The notes beneath the pieces were generated by a model, which worked only from the letters and a program-made list of their open reading frames with translations, was not told where the DNA came from and did not search any database. Position numbers and translations under genes: made by a program. From Eledone cirrhosa (taxonomy: Eukaryota), in contig OZ024746.1 of assembly GCA_964016885.1 (NCBI GenBank), forward strand, positions 63,550,001 through 63,614,000: 64,000 nt of DNA, in the 5' to 3' direction. The number at the start of each line of letters is the position of its first letter. Positions within the stretch are counted from its first letter, which is position 1. This document shows positions 38,240 through 51,441 of this stretch, in pieces.

Positions 38240-41025
38240 AGAACCCACTAAATTGGAATTGGAAGCGGTGAACGCAATAGCTGGCAATTATCTGAAGGCG
38301 ATACGATCTAAAGGTGTAGAAACGACAGTTAGAGAGACGATTTGGAGATACAAAATTTAAAACTTTGAACTCCAAATTACACCAGTTGAAACAACAACTC
38401 ACAGCTACAACAGAAAGACTAAAATATAAGTCAACAGCACATAAACGACAAGTGCTAAATAGATTGTTTGCCAGAGATCCTAAATCAGTTTATCGCAGCT
38501 TCGGTGGCAAAAGCTCAGTCCCTGTAAACGACACCCCTTCAAAAGAACAGGTTGAGAGCTACTGGAGATCTGTATGGGAAACGGATGACGGATTCAACAG
38601 ACAAGCTAATTGGCTAAAAGAACTGGAACAGGACTACTGCCAACATGTCCAGACAAAACAATATGACATAGATGGGTCAATACTGGAAACAGCTCTACAG
38701 AAAATGTTGAATAGGAAATCGCCAGGCCCAGACCTCATTACAGGATACTGGTTGAAGAATTTCACTTTCTATCGGAAAGATTTCATACGGCTGTTTACAG
38801 AAACCATTAAAGGCACACAAGAACTGCCCAGATGGTTATCAACTGCCATTACTCTCCTCATTCCCAAAAATAGCCAAACCACCCTTGCTAAAAATTACCG
38901 CCCAATAGCCTGCCAAAACATCATGTATAAATTATATACTGGGTGCCTTAACCTGTTCTTACAGGATCACTGTGCTACCAACAACATCATAACACCTGAG
39001 CAAGCTGGTGGAAAGAGGGAGGTGTGGGGTTGCATAGATCACCTACTAACTAACAAAATGATTCAGGAAAAAACAACAAAGAATCGCAGAAACATGACTG
39101 TCGTGTGGCTGGACTATCAAAAAGCATTTGATAGTGTACCTCATGGGTGGATTATTAAGGCTTTACAGTTAGCTAAAGTCCCACAACCATTGGTAGCTGC
39201 TGCTGAACGCCTGACCAAGAACTGGTACACCAATTTGATCCTTAGAGGTGAGAGGAGCAAGTTAAGACTGATAAGATACATTACCAGAAGGGCATCTTTC
39301 AGGGTGATAGCTTGTCACTGCTACTCTTCGTTCTCTCACTGAATCCACTATCTTACCTACTCAGGAAACAAGGTGGACAAAGAAGTGGGCCCAGAAGTAT
39401 CTCCCATCTTTTCTTTGTTGATGACCTGAAGTTGTATGGGCCAAATATCAATGACATCAAGATACAATTGGACCTCATTACACAATTTTCAACCGACATC
39501 AAAATGAAATTTTGTGAGTCCAAGTGCGCATATTTGGCAGTAAAACGTGGAAGAGCTGTGCCCTCCTCTAGAATTCTAGAGATGAACGGCCTGACAATAC
39601 AACCTCTGCAGTCAGGTGACAACTACAGATATCTTGGACAGGATGAGAATGTCAGATATGATGGACCCATAAATAAGGAGAGAACCAGAACTGAATACTT
39701 CAGAAGAGTAAAGAAAATATGGTCATCAGAGCTGTCAGCATACAACAAATACATTGCCCACAATACTTATGCTGTGCCAATTCTAACGCCAACATTTGGC
39801 CTGCTGAACTGGTCATTGCAAGAACTAAGTGAGATGGATGTTAGAACTCGAAAACTTCTCAGTGTTACTGGGAACTTTAACATCAATGGTGATGTGGATA
39901 GGCTATACTTCTCACGCAAGGAAGGTGGCCGGGGTCTAAAAATCAATATTAACAACATATGAGACCCGGATAGTAACACTGAAGCAACACCTTCAACAGA
40001 GGAAAAAGGTTGGCAACCATCTTGCCCAGGTTTATGAGCATGAAAAAAAAATATCATTAGAATAGCGACTGATCTGGAGGAGAGATATGGAATAAAGCCT
40101 GATATAAATCTCTCACCCAGAGAAATCGGAAGATCCTATTCAATGTTCAAACAAGATAAAAAAAATTGACCAATTTACAGAAAAAGTTGTGCATGGATAC
40201 TTGAGGCGTAAAACACAGACCATAGAGGGGATAAACCACTCAAAAAGCCTGGCATGGAGTTCCGACAAGTTTATGACATCACACCTTGAGGGATATCTCT
40301 ATGCAATACAGGAACAAGAACTCCCTACCAAATATCTGCTGCACAAAAGAGGAGGGACAGCAGCTGACAATAAATGTAGGCTATGTAAAACAAAGATCGA
40401 GGATGTAAGCCACATTGTTGCCAGCTGCGAAAGAATGTCATCTCGCTACTACCTCCCCATGAGACACGATGGGATAACTAGAACCTTCTGGAATGCTCTT
40501 CGGAAAACAAAATTAACAACAAACGAGGCGGAATATATTGAGACAGATGACACTAAGGAATACTGGTGGAACCTGAAAATAAAAACTGTCACCAAATTAA
40601 AGCACAACCGGCCTGATATTGTTGTTTGGGACCACACATTGAAAACGTGTTCTGTTGTGGAGATCAGCTGCCCACTTGATGTAAACGTTGTCAGAAAAAT
40701 ACAGGAGAAGGAGGACATCTACGGACCATTGATGAGGAGTTTACAAATCCAGTATCCAAGATACACCTTTAGCTTCATACCCATCATTATTGATGCTACG
40801 GGTTATATACCAACCCGCTTAGACTAAAGTATGACTGAACTTGGATTTGCGGACAAAAAGCGCAGCTCCCTAATTCATAGTCTACAAATGGCTGCGATAG
40901 CTGGCACCTTCAAAATTTGCAAAACATTCTTGCAATTCAAGGGATGACAATTTCTTTTCTTTTACAACCTTACAACCAGGAAGGTGGCCGGCCAAAAAAA
41001 TATACTCGAAATTAAGAGAAAGAGA
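38240..41025 (+). mobile_element. R4/Dong-like non-LTR retrotransposon (RT plus C-terminal restriction-like endonuclease), 5'-truncated and frameshifted
   Basis: KSPGPD, NYRPIAC, DYQKAFDSVPH, HLFFVDDLKLY, RKEGGRGL; CCHC knuckle CRLC..SHIVASC, RHD, RPDIVVWD..VEISCP. Confidence 0.92.
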
Positions 41026-41031
41026 TACATA

Positions 41032-41065
<34 letters not shown>

Positions 41066-41126
41066 CATACATACATACAAACATATACATACATACACAT
41101 ACATACAAACATATACATACATACAC

Positions 41127-41157
<31 letters not shown>

Positions 41158-41838
41158 CATATATATATATACATACATACATACATATACATATATATAC
41201 ATACATACATATACATATATATACATACATACATATATATATATACATACATATATATATATATATACATACATACATACATATATATATACATACATAC
41301 ATATATATATACATACATACATATATATATATATACATACATACATATATATATATATACATACATACATATATATATATACATACATACATATATATAT
41401 ATACATACATACATATATATATATACATACATACATATACATACATACATACATACATATACATACATACATATATATATATACATACATACATATATAC
41501 ATATATATACATACATACATATATATACATACATACATATATATACATACATACATATATATACATACATACATACATATACATACATACATATATATAT
41601 ATACATACATACATATATATATATACATACATACATATATATATATACATACATACATATATATATATACATACATACATATATATATATACATACATAC
41701 ATATATATATATACATACATACATATATATACATACATACATATATATATATACATACATACATATATATATATACATACATACATATATATATATACAT
41801 ACATACATATATATATATACATACATACATATATATAT

Positions 41839-41869
<31 letters not shown>

Positions 41870-42079
41870 CATACATACATACATATATATACATACATAC
41901 ATATATATATATACATACATACATATATATATATACATACATACATATATATATATACATACATACATATATATATATACATACATACATACATATATAT
42001 ACATACATACATATATATATATACATACATACATATATATATATACATACATACATATATATATATACATACATACATA

Positions 42080-42111
<32 letters not shown>

Positions 42112-42386
42112 CATATATATATATACATACATACATATATATATATACATACATACATATATATATATACATACATACATACATACATATACATACATAC
42201 ATACATACATATACATACATACATACATACATATACATACATACATACATATATATACATACATACATACATATATATACATACATATATACATACATAC
42301 ATATATATATATATATACATACATATATATATATACATACATACATATATATATATATACATACATACATATATATATATATACAT
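41026..42386. repeat. (TA/TACA)n microsatellite
   Basis: Seen directly in the sequence. Confidence 0.98.
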
Positions 42387-42965
42387 ATGGTGGCTGCCAA
42401 CTCGTTTTCGAGTACGGCCACTACTTTATATCCATGTAGGAGAACCCCTACCGATGCGCTGAACGAGTGTGACTTTTTAGTCCAGCCAGCGACTTGAAAA
42501 CTCTGGTACAAACACTACACTTGTGACAATTACTGACACATAGTGCTGGGCCCATGGTACCATGTGACGACAAGTGCAGAGAGATCTCCAGATATAAAGC
42601 AATGCCTGTGCCGTGAAGCTTTTATAGTGAGCAAAGGCACTGCACAAAGCCAGTCCCACTCTCTTAACCAAGATGATATTTACCAAAAAGAAGAACAAGT
42701 CAACATCATTGGATACCATCAGGGTTGCAGGTGTTATATCAGAGTTTTCCTTCTCCTAGAATTCTGCCTTGACAAAGGCTAAGGGGTCATCTCTCCCGGT
42801 CTAAGGGGTCATCTCTCCCGGTGATTTTGGATGGCCATTGACTCTTAAGAGCTCCTTTGCCCTTTGACAGGTTTTGTTTTTAGTCCTGCAGGATGTCCAA
42901 AGTCACCCTCCTCACCAAGAAACCTTGGTGGGGTTGCCAGTTTAGTCGCCAACGACCCGACCATG
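42387..42965 (-). mobile_element. Non-autonomous RTE-derived element, copy 4
   Basis: Reverse complement of about 20075-20629, with a 22-bp tandem duplication near 42779-42822. Confidence 0.8.
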
Positions 42966-43679
42966 GTATACATATATATATATATACATACATACATATA
43001 TATATACATACATACATATATATATACATACATACATATATACATACATACATACATATATACATACATACATACATATATATACATACATACATATATA
43101 TATATACATACATACATATATATACATACATACATACATATATATACATACATACATACATATATATACATACATACATATATATATATATATACATACA
43201 TACATATATATACATACATACATACATATACATACATACATACATATACATACATACATATATATACATACATACATATACATACATACATATATATACA
43301 TACATACATACATACATATACATACATACATATATATATATACATACATACATATATATATACATACATACATATATATATATACATACATACATATATA
43401 TATATACATACATACATATATATATACATACATACATATATATATACATACATACATACATATACATACATACATACATATACATACATACATACATATA
43501 TATACATACATACATATATATATATACATACATACATACATATATATACATACATACATACATATATATACATACATATACATACATACATACATATATA
43601 TACATACATACATACATATATATACATACATACATATATATATATACATACATACATACATATACATACATACATACAT

Positions 43680-43712
<33 letters not shown>

Positions 43713-44233
43713 CATACATACATACATACATATATATACATACATACATACATATATATACATACATACATACATATATATACATACATACATACATATA
43801 TATACATACATACATACATATATATACATACATACATACACATATATACATACATACATACACATATATACATACATACATACACATATATACATACATA
43901 CATACACATACATACATACATACATATATACATACATACATACATATATACATACATACATACATATATATATACATACATATATATATATATATACATA
44001 CATACATATATATACATACATACATATATATACATACATACATATATATACATACATACATATATATACATACATACATACATACATATACATACATATA
44101 TATACATACATACATATATATACATACATATACATACATACATATATATATATACATACATACATACATATATATACATACATACATACATATATATACA
44201 TACATACATACATATATATACATACATACATAC

Positions 44234-44268
<35 letters not shown>

Positions 44269-44273
44269 CACAC

Positions 44274-44306
<33 letters not shown>

Positions 44307-44320
44307 CACACATATACATA
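42966..44320. repeat. (TA/TACA)n microsatellite
   Basis: Seen directly in the sequence. Confidence 0.98.
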
Positions 44321-47116
44321 CGAGACAATCACTTGATCACCTACAGGGGAACACGCCAATCAGATAGATTATATCCGTATCAGAAGACGTGATAGAGTGT
44401 CCGTCTTAAACACTAAATCCCTCCCCCATGAAGAATGCACCTCCCAACATAGACTCATAGTCAGCGACCTCGTAGTCAGGACAAGACGTACTCGACAACA
44501 GAGGACTATCCTCAGGAGAAAAATATGGAAGCTAAAGGACCCCACAGCCAGTAATAAATTTAAAAGCATATTACTTGATGCTTTTGACAGTAAGGAAGAG
44601 CAATTAGAGTCGTACAATATAGAGGAACAGTGGGAATTCCTGAAAGCTAACCTGCTGAAGGCGGCAGATGAAGTCTGTGGCTGGAGCAGGCCTATAGGCA
44701 GGAGGAGAGTAACGTGGTGGTGGAACAGTAAGGTGGAGGAGTCAATTAAGGCCAAAAAGCAGGCTTGGAAAGTATGGCAGGATGGGGGAAGTAGAGAAGA
44801 CTATCAAGTGGCCAGGAGGGAAGCTAGGAGACAAGTGTACTTCGCAAGAAGGGAAGCAGAGGAAAGAAAGTTCAAGCATGTTCTACAACGCGAGGACCAA
44901 AAACACGAGGTGTTCAGGATTGTTAGGCAATGTGTCAAGGAAAACCGTGATATTGTCGGGGAGAAGTGTGTCCTTAATGATGATGGTGTACTTGCCATCA
45001 CTGAAGCTGATAAGAAGGTAGCTTGGAAGTGCCACTACGAAATGAGGAGAATAAATGGGAGAAAGACAGTCTCCCCCACATCGATCCAATAGAGGGACCA
45101 GCAGTGCTAGTTAAAGGTAATATAATAAGTAAGGCAATCAAAGATATGAAGACGGGTAAGGCAGCTGGGCCTTCGAAAATAGTTGCTGAAAGCATCTGGA
45201 ATGGTGGGACACACTATGGTCACCCGGATAGTAAACCAAGTCATACAGAATGGGGTCGTTCCGAAGGACTGGCGTAGCATCATCATCATTAACTGCTACA
45301 AGGGTAAAAGAGATGCCCTAGATAGGGGTAACTATAGAGGCATTAAATTAATCGACCAGGTCATGAAGGTCACAGAAAAAGTAATAGCGCAACTAATCAG
45401 AGAGCGAATTGATCTAGATGAAATGCAGTTCGGGTTTGTGTCAGGTAAAAGTACCACAGACTCTCTTTTCATTGTACGACAACTACAGGAGAAGTACCTA
45501 GTTAAAAGTAAACCCCTATACTTAGCTTTTGTTGACTTGGAGAAAGCCTTCGACAGAGTCCCCTGCTCCATTATCTGGTGGGCTCTTAGAAAACTAGGTG
45601 TTGATGAATGGCTTGTGAGAGCTATACAAGCCATGTATAAAGAAACAGTCAGCAAGGTTAGAATTAACAACGAATATAGTGAAGAGTTTAGCGTAAAAGT
45701 TGGTGTTCATCAGGGCTCCGTCCTTAGCTCCCTCCTATTTATTATTGCCCTTCAGGCTATAACAGAGGAGTTCAAGACCGGTTGCCCATGGGAACTCCTA
45801 TACGCAGATGATCTAATGCTCAAAGCTGAATCAATGGCTGAACTAGAGAAGAAATTCCAAATATGGAAGCATGGCCTAGAATCAAAGGGCCTTAAAATTA
45901 ACCTGTCTAAGACTAAAGTTCTAGTTTGTAGGAAGGAAAATAGGGCACCAGTCCCATCTGGGAAATGGCCATGCTCAGTGTATAGGAAAGGAGTAGGCAG
46001 AAACTCCATTTTATGTCCCAAATGCAAAGTATGGGTGCATAAAAGATGTAGTGGGATCACAGGTAAGCTAACTAAGAATATAAATTTTATATGTGGCCAG
46101 TGCTCAGGTGCACTAAGTAGCAGCAAGTGCCCACAGAATACTAGCTCATTCCATTGCACAGATGGTTCTATAGAAATAGTGGACACCTTCCGTTACCTGG
46201 GTGACAAAATCAGCAGTGGGGAAGGGTGCTCTGAAAGTACAGTAGCTAGAGTCAGAACGAGAGGGAAAAAGTTCAGAGAGCTTATACCACTATTGGCCAC
46301 TAAAGGTTTCTCTCTAAAAATGAAAGGCAGGCTGTATGATGCCTGCATACGAACAGCAATGTTGCATGGCAGTGAGACCTGGGCATTGTGTGCAGAGGAT
46401 ATACGCCGACTGGAGAGGAACGAAGCTTGCATGCTCCGCTGTATGTGTAATAGTAATATACGTGAACGGCAAAGCATAAACGAACTAAGGGAGAAATTAG
46501 GAATAAGAGGGATCAGATGCTGTTTACTCGAGAGAAGACTACGTTGGTACGGTCACGTGATGCGCATGAAAGACAGCTGTATAAAAAAGTGCAGGGCGAT
46601 AAAAATAGACGGTAGCTACGGAGTAGGCAGACCCAGAAAAACCTGGGATGGCTTGATAAATTCCGACCTCACACACTTACACCTCTCCAAGACAATGTCA
46701 CTGGACCGAGATCTTTGGCGCTACACAGTAATACAGAAGACCCGCCTTGCCTAAGTACAAAGCGAAACTTACAGTCAGTAGGCACCTCTAACAAAAATAC
46801 ACCCCGGCCCCACTACCCCCATCCGATCCACACCACCCCTTCCAATGTAAAGTTATGTTGGTACCACAACATCCAGTCCGAAACAAATGAGGGCGTGTAG
46901 GTGTCACGACAAAAAAAAAAACACAGTCCACGCTGTAATGTGGCCATGTAGGTAACACGGTAAAAACCTCCCAGTCCACACTGTAAACGTGGTTGGTGTT
47001 AGAAAGGGCATCCAACTGTAGAAAACCCGCCAGACAACCAATCTTGCCTCAAGTGGGACAATTCCCGTCCAGACCCAAACTAGCGTGGAAGGTGGACGTT
47101 AAACGATGATGATGAT
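44321..47116 (+). mobile_element. RTE-type LINE family A, longest copy (end of APE endonuclease, RT, PHD), frameshifted
   Basis: QIDYI..SQHRLIV APE C-terminal motifs; ORFs 44397-45092 and 45183-46754 with frameshifts between them; (GAT)n tail. Confidence 0.95.
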
Positions 47117-47120
47117 ATAT

Positions 47121-47270
47121 AGGTGTTAGGAAGGGCATCCAGCAGTAGAAAACCTGCCAGATAGTCCTATATGAGCGAGACACGGTCACCTGACCAACCT
47201 TGGCTCAAGTGGGACAACTCCCGTCTAACCCATGCTAGCGTGGAAGATGGACGTTAAACAATGATGATGA
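47121..47270 (+). mobile_element. Short SINE/LINE 3'-end fragment
   Basis: GGTGTTAGGAAGGGCATCCAG...GGACGTTAAAC(GAT)n between TA runs. Confidence 0.75.
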
Positions 47271-47571
47271 TATATATATATATATATATATAATCAACAA
47301 ACACACTCTTGAACTCCCCCACTCCCTCTTAATATCCTCATCATCCATGGACTTGGTTCCCAGTTCCACCATTGAAAGACATATGCACCTTGCAGTGTGT
47401 CATCAGATATCATTCTAAAATTCACCTTTCTCCGTGGTCCTTCGCTCTTTTGTTTATTATTATTATAACAAAACTCCGGATTAATATATACCATTGAGTG
47501 CTTGGCATCTGCTATATAAAAGTCGGCTGATTCTAAATCAACTAACTCTCTTTAATTAAACAAATATATAT

Positions 47572-47870
47572 ATCAGGTTGGCCCAAAAAATTTGTTTGGT
47601 TTTTGCCATTACTAAACTTCAGGCGCTCTCATAGTTGTTAACTTTACTTTTTTTCCTTCCGAGTAATCACTCGTTATACTTGATACTTCAAAGTAGTTTG
47701 TAGCAAAACTACAAAAGATTGGTTGTATTTTGTGCATTTATCTTAATCCTCAAAATAAAGAACCAAAATGAACATTATCAACACATTATGCTTTTTATTT
47801 TAAAAAAGGTAAGAAAGTGTCAGAAACTTGCAGGAACATGTGCTGTGTATGGAGAGGATGCTGTTACAGA
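47572..47870 (+). mobile_element. Mariner transposon 5' remnant
   Basis: TIR-like TATCAGGTTGGCCCAAAAAA..GGTTTTTGCC and a frameshifted transposase N-terminus (NEHYQHIML..FKKGKK..CAVYGEDAVT). Confidence 0.7.
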
Positions 47871-48866
47871 AGTGGAGTTTTGACAAAAAGCACTCAGTCC
47901 ACCCCGTGTGGTTGTTGCATTGTTGCCATGATGAAAAGCACCTAGTCCATCCTCTAAGTTGATTGGCATTAAGAAACATCACCCAGTCATAGAAAAACCA
48001 AGTCAATAACAGATCATATGAGCATGATGTGGCAACCTGACTTGTCTAACCTCATAATATGACAGCCATGTAACCCATGGATTATAGACATTAAACAGTC
48101 ATGATGATGATGATGATGATGTTATTTTCAGGAATTTATCTTGGGCATGGAAAAATCTATATTAGAAACTATTCTAACTGTTTTCAAAATATAAACCCAC
48201 ATCTGGGGTGGGGACCCAATAAAGCAGACATTAAATGACGATGACGATGATGATGAAACTGTTACTGTTTTAGAATTTCAAACAATCATCCAAATTTAAA
48301 CGTCAAATGAACATAGACAATATTTAAATTCAATGAAAAAGTAATAAGCAGGAGTTATACCATACAATGTTCGGTATAGATATGGCTGGCAGTGAGTAGC
48401 TAAAAGATTTCTTAATTTGATAACAAACAATTTTTTGCTCTACAAATAAACTGCTGCATTGTATAACAGAATGAATGGACTTTACCAAATTGAATGAACC
48501 AAGGATCATCACCATCGTCACTATTTTACGTCCATTTTTCATACTAGCATGGATTAGATGAGTTGTCCTGTTGTGGGAAATGCTAGGTCTTGTTCATACA
48601 GAACTGATTTTGGCTTGGTTTCTACAGCTGGATGCCCTTCCTAACACCAACCTCGTTTACAGTGAGTACTGGGTGCTTTTTGCCATGACACCTACACAAC
48701 CACTTTACAGCGAGTATAAAAAAAGGGATGGTCATGGTTGGAATGCCTTTGATCAAAGCTTAGTTGGAGCTAAACATTGACAACAACACTTCTATTTCTA
48801 TTGTATAACACTGCTTACAGCAACAAATCTAGAGATACACTACATTCTACAATTACTAGAAACAAA

Positions 48867-49057
48867 TGAGGGTCGGCTGAAAGGTTCATACGCTGACCAA
48901 GATACTCTCATGGAATGATCAAATGAGGTTTATTTTTAAACATAGTCCCTGGAAAGAAACAATGCAGTTATTAATAAGAAAAGTTGAAATTAATGCATGC
49001 AAGATTTCACAGCTCTAGCATCACTCCTTCATAGTCAGCCTTTTCAACTCACCCTCG
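48867..49057 (+). mobile_element. Mariner-type MITE
   Basis: Imperfect TIRs TGAGGGTCGGCTGAAAGG / CTTTTCAACTCACCCTCG followed by TA; second copy at 11753-12802. Confidence 0.7.
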
Positions 49058-49384
49058 TATATTAAGTCAAGTATGACAAAGAATAACAAGCCATGGTTGG
49101 TCAGAATGAACATGAAAAACTGATGGGGTGGGGAGTGTCAAATATAAAATGGCAGTCATCTGGTGCAATATGTCAAATTGTAAAAAAAGTGAAGTGTTTT
49201 TTGTGTGTGTGGGGAGGGGGGGAGGGGAGTGAGAGAACCCAGGTGACAGATTAAATCTACCATCTAGCTTGATCATAATGGGATTTAAATATAGAAAGCA
49301 AATTGGTGGATCAAATACTACAAGGCACCCAATAGAATTCTCTGACTCCAGCTCACTGCTCCAAACTGGGACTTTGATTTCAGG

Positions 49385-49690
49385 AACATGAAAAGTCAAG
49401 TAGACCCCACCAACATGAAAAGTCTTGTTGACCCTAGCAACATGAAAGGCTGTTGACCCCACCAACATGAAAGGCCTTGTTGACCCCACCAATATGAAAG
49501 GCCTTGTTGACCCCACCAATATGAAAGGCCTTGTTGACCCTAGCAAGATGAAAGGCTGTTGACCCCAGCAAGATGAAAGGTCAAGTTGACCCCAGCAAGA
49601 TGAAAGGTCAAGTTGACCCCAGCAAGATGAAAGGTCAAGCTGACCCCAGCAAGATGAAAGGTCAAGCTGACCCCAACAACATGAAAGGCC
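49385..49690. repeat. 26-28 bp minisatellite, about 11 units
   Basis: Unit GACCCCAGCAAGATGAAAGGTCAAGTT. Confidence 0.9.
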
Positions 49691-49789
49691 TTATATATAT
49701 ATATATAAAGTGAAAATAAATAAAATTCAATAATAAATTTTATACAGAAAAATAAATTAAATAAACGAGATATGTCATTAACACACAAC

Positions 49790-50230
49790 AATTAATAAAA
49801 GTTATGACGATTTTTATTCAAAATCAATATAGCTAATGTTAATTAAAAACACCACAACATGAGAATTGCATAAAGTTTGCACAAAAATGAGACGTAAAAA
49901 TGAAAAAATAAAAAATATTCACATTCATTATTTTAAAGATTACAATGAAAAATAAAATAAAATGACCATGTTATGATAAAATTGTTTTGTTAAAATTTTG
50001 TCATTTGTCGATGGATGAAGTAAAAGACAGATTAGATGTTAAATTACTAATACAAATTCACGGAATATATTATGACTGCTAGTTCAGTATTTTTTTTAAT
50101 GTTTGAAACTGAGATAACTAGAAGATAAACCATCCGATGTGACAAAAAACAAAAACTATCACTTCAGTCCAATCACACTAAAACAATGGAAGATGATGAT
50201 GATTGTGGAAGTACAAGAATCTCCTGTCAT
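49790..50230 (-). other. Probable terminal (3' UTR) exon of the chromodomain-TM gene
   Basis: Strong acceptor tttgtttttatttcAG at 50232-50231, matching donor CTT|GTAAGT at 51084, and AATAAA on the minus strand at 49818-49813. Confidence 0.6.
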
Positions 50231-50766
50231 CTGAAATAAAAACAAACCAAAACTTAAAAATAATTTAGAATAAAAAGAAAATGTTATAAATACAAAGTAT
50301 ACAATGACAGAGGGTGAAAATTTAAATTTTATCAAGTGTCTGCTGCAAACTGTCACATTTATATACAAGGTACAGGCTGTTTTATGGACATAAGTTCAAT
50401 TACCGTATATACATGAATATAAGCCATACCTACTATTCTATGAATGAGAAATGAGCAAGAATTCAAACCTTATTTATGTAGAATTTGAAGTTTATGAAAA
50501 TCAAAATATTGATCCTGAATATAAGTTGACCCCTCTTCTATGATCGATATTTTAATCACATATTCCTCAGCTTATATTTGATTACATATAGTATTTGTTT
50601 GTAGACAGATTGCTTTAATACTTTTGATACCTACCCACCCAAAACTGGCTCTGGTTTTAGGAATCAAAGCTACCCATTTTAAAGGGTTCCTACTTAAATT
50701 AAAATCTTCCAACATAATTTGACATAAAAATCTTTTTGTTAAGTTATGTTCCAAATACAATCTTAA

Positions 50767-50959
50767 CCCTTTAGCATTTACATTACTCTATATTTACTAT
50801 TGTATTTTCACGATAAAGGCTTTATCTTACATAATTATCTCACATAATATTGAATCTACAAGATTTTGATGTTATTTATTTTGAGAACAATGTGGCTGGT
50901 TTGAACAAAAAGTGGTGAGAAAGTTCTTACCGGATATGGCCGGTTTAAATGCTAAAGGG
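50767..50959 (+). mobile_element. piggyBac-type MITE, family 1
   Basis: TTAA|CCCTTTAGCATTT...AAATGCTAAAGGG|TTAA. Confidence 0.88.
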
Positions 50960-51114
50960 TTAATATTGAAATAATTTGAGTGAATCCATAACATTTTTCA
51001 TTAATTCAAATACAGTGTATCTCATTAGAAATATGGTAATGAAAGAGTTAAAACAAGAATGAAATAAAATATATATCAACTTACAAGAATGAGAAGTATG
51101 AATTTTTTGGCAGG

Positions 51115-51441
51115 TTATTTGGCGAGGAATTTTCCCAGTAGGAAACTAATGACAACGATTACTAATCCTACTATACAGACAACAATGGGCCAGGTCTTTT
51201 CAGGAGTATTTACTGCAATACTTGGCACCGTGTCAGAAACAGGTTCCTCCTTTGTCTCAGTAACAGGTTCAACTGAATCAACTGAATCAACATCTTCCTT
51301 TTCCTCCTCCTCTTCCCCATTCATTACTTCATCCTCGTCTTCCTCTATTTCAGCAGCTTTCGCAGCTGCTCTCATTTGAATCCTCCGAGTTAACACCGTT
51401 GTTACACTTTCCGATACTGGTGTGTAAACTTCTTTTGTTTC
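51115..51441 (-). CDS. Chromodomain-RS-TM protein, exon encoding the acidic tract and C-terminal transmembrane helix
   Basis: attaacAG acceptor, phase 0; ETKEVYTP...EIEEDEDEVMNGEEEEEKED...TPEKTWPIVVCIVGLVIVVISFLLGKFLAK*. Confidence 0.85.
   Translation of the reverse strand, partial: ETKEVYTPVSESVTTVLTRRIQMRAAAKAAEIEEDEDEVMNGEEEEEKEDVDSVDSVEPVTETKEEPVSDTVPSIAVNTPEKTWPIVVCIVGLVIVVISFLLGKFLAK

Noticed and set aside
25239-44392. Very long Y/I/H/T- or M/Y/V/C-rich ORFs (up to 1473 aa)
   Set aside because: These are translations of stop-free TA/TACA microsatellite, open in several frames on both strands; not genes.
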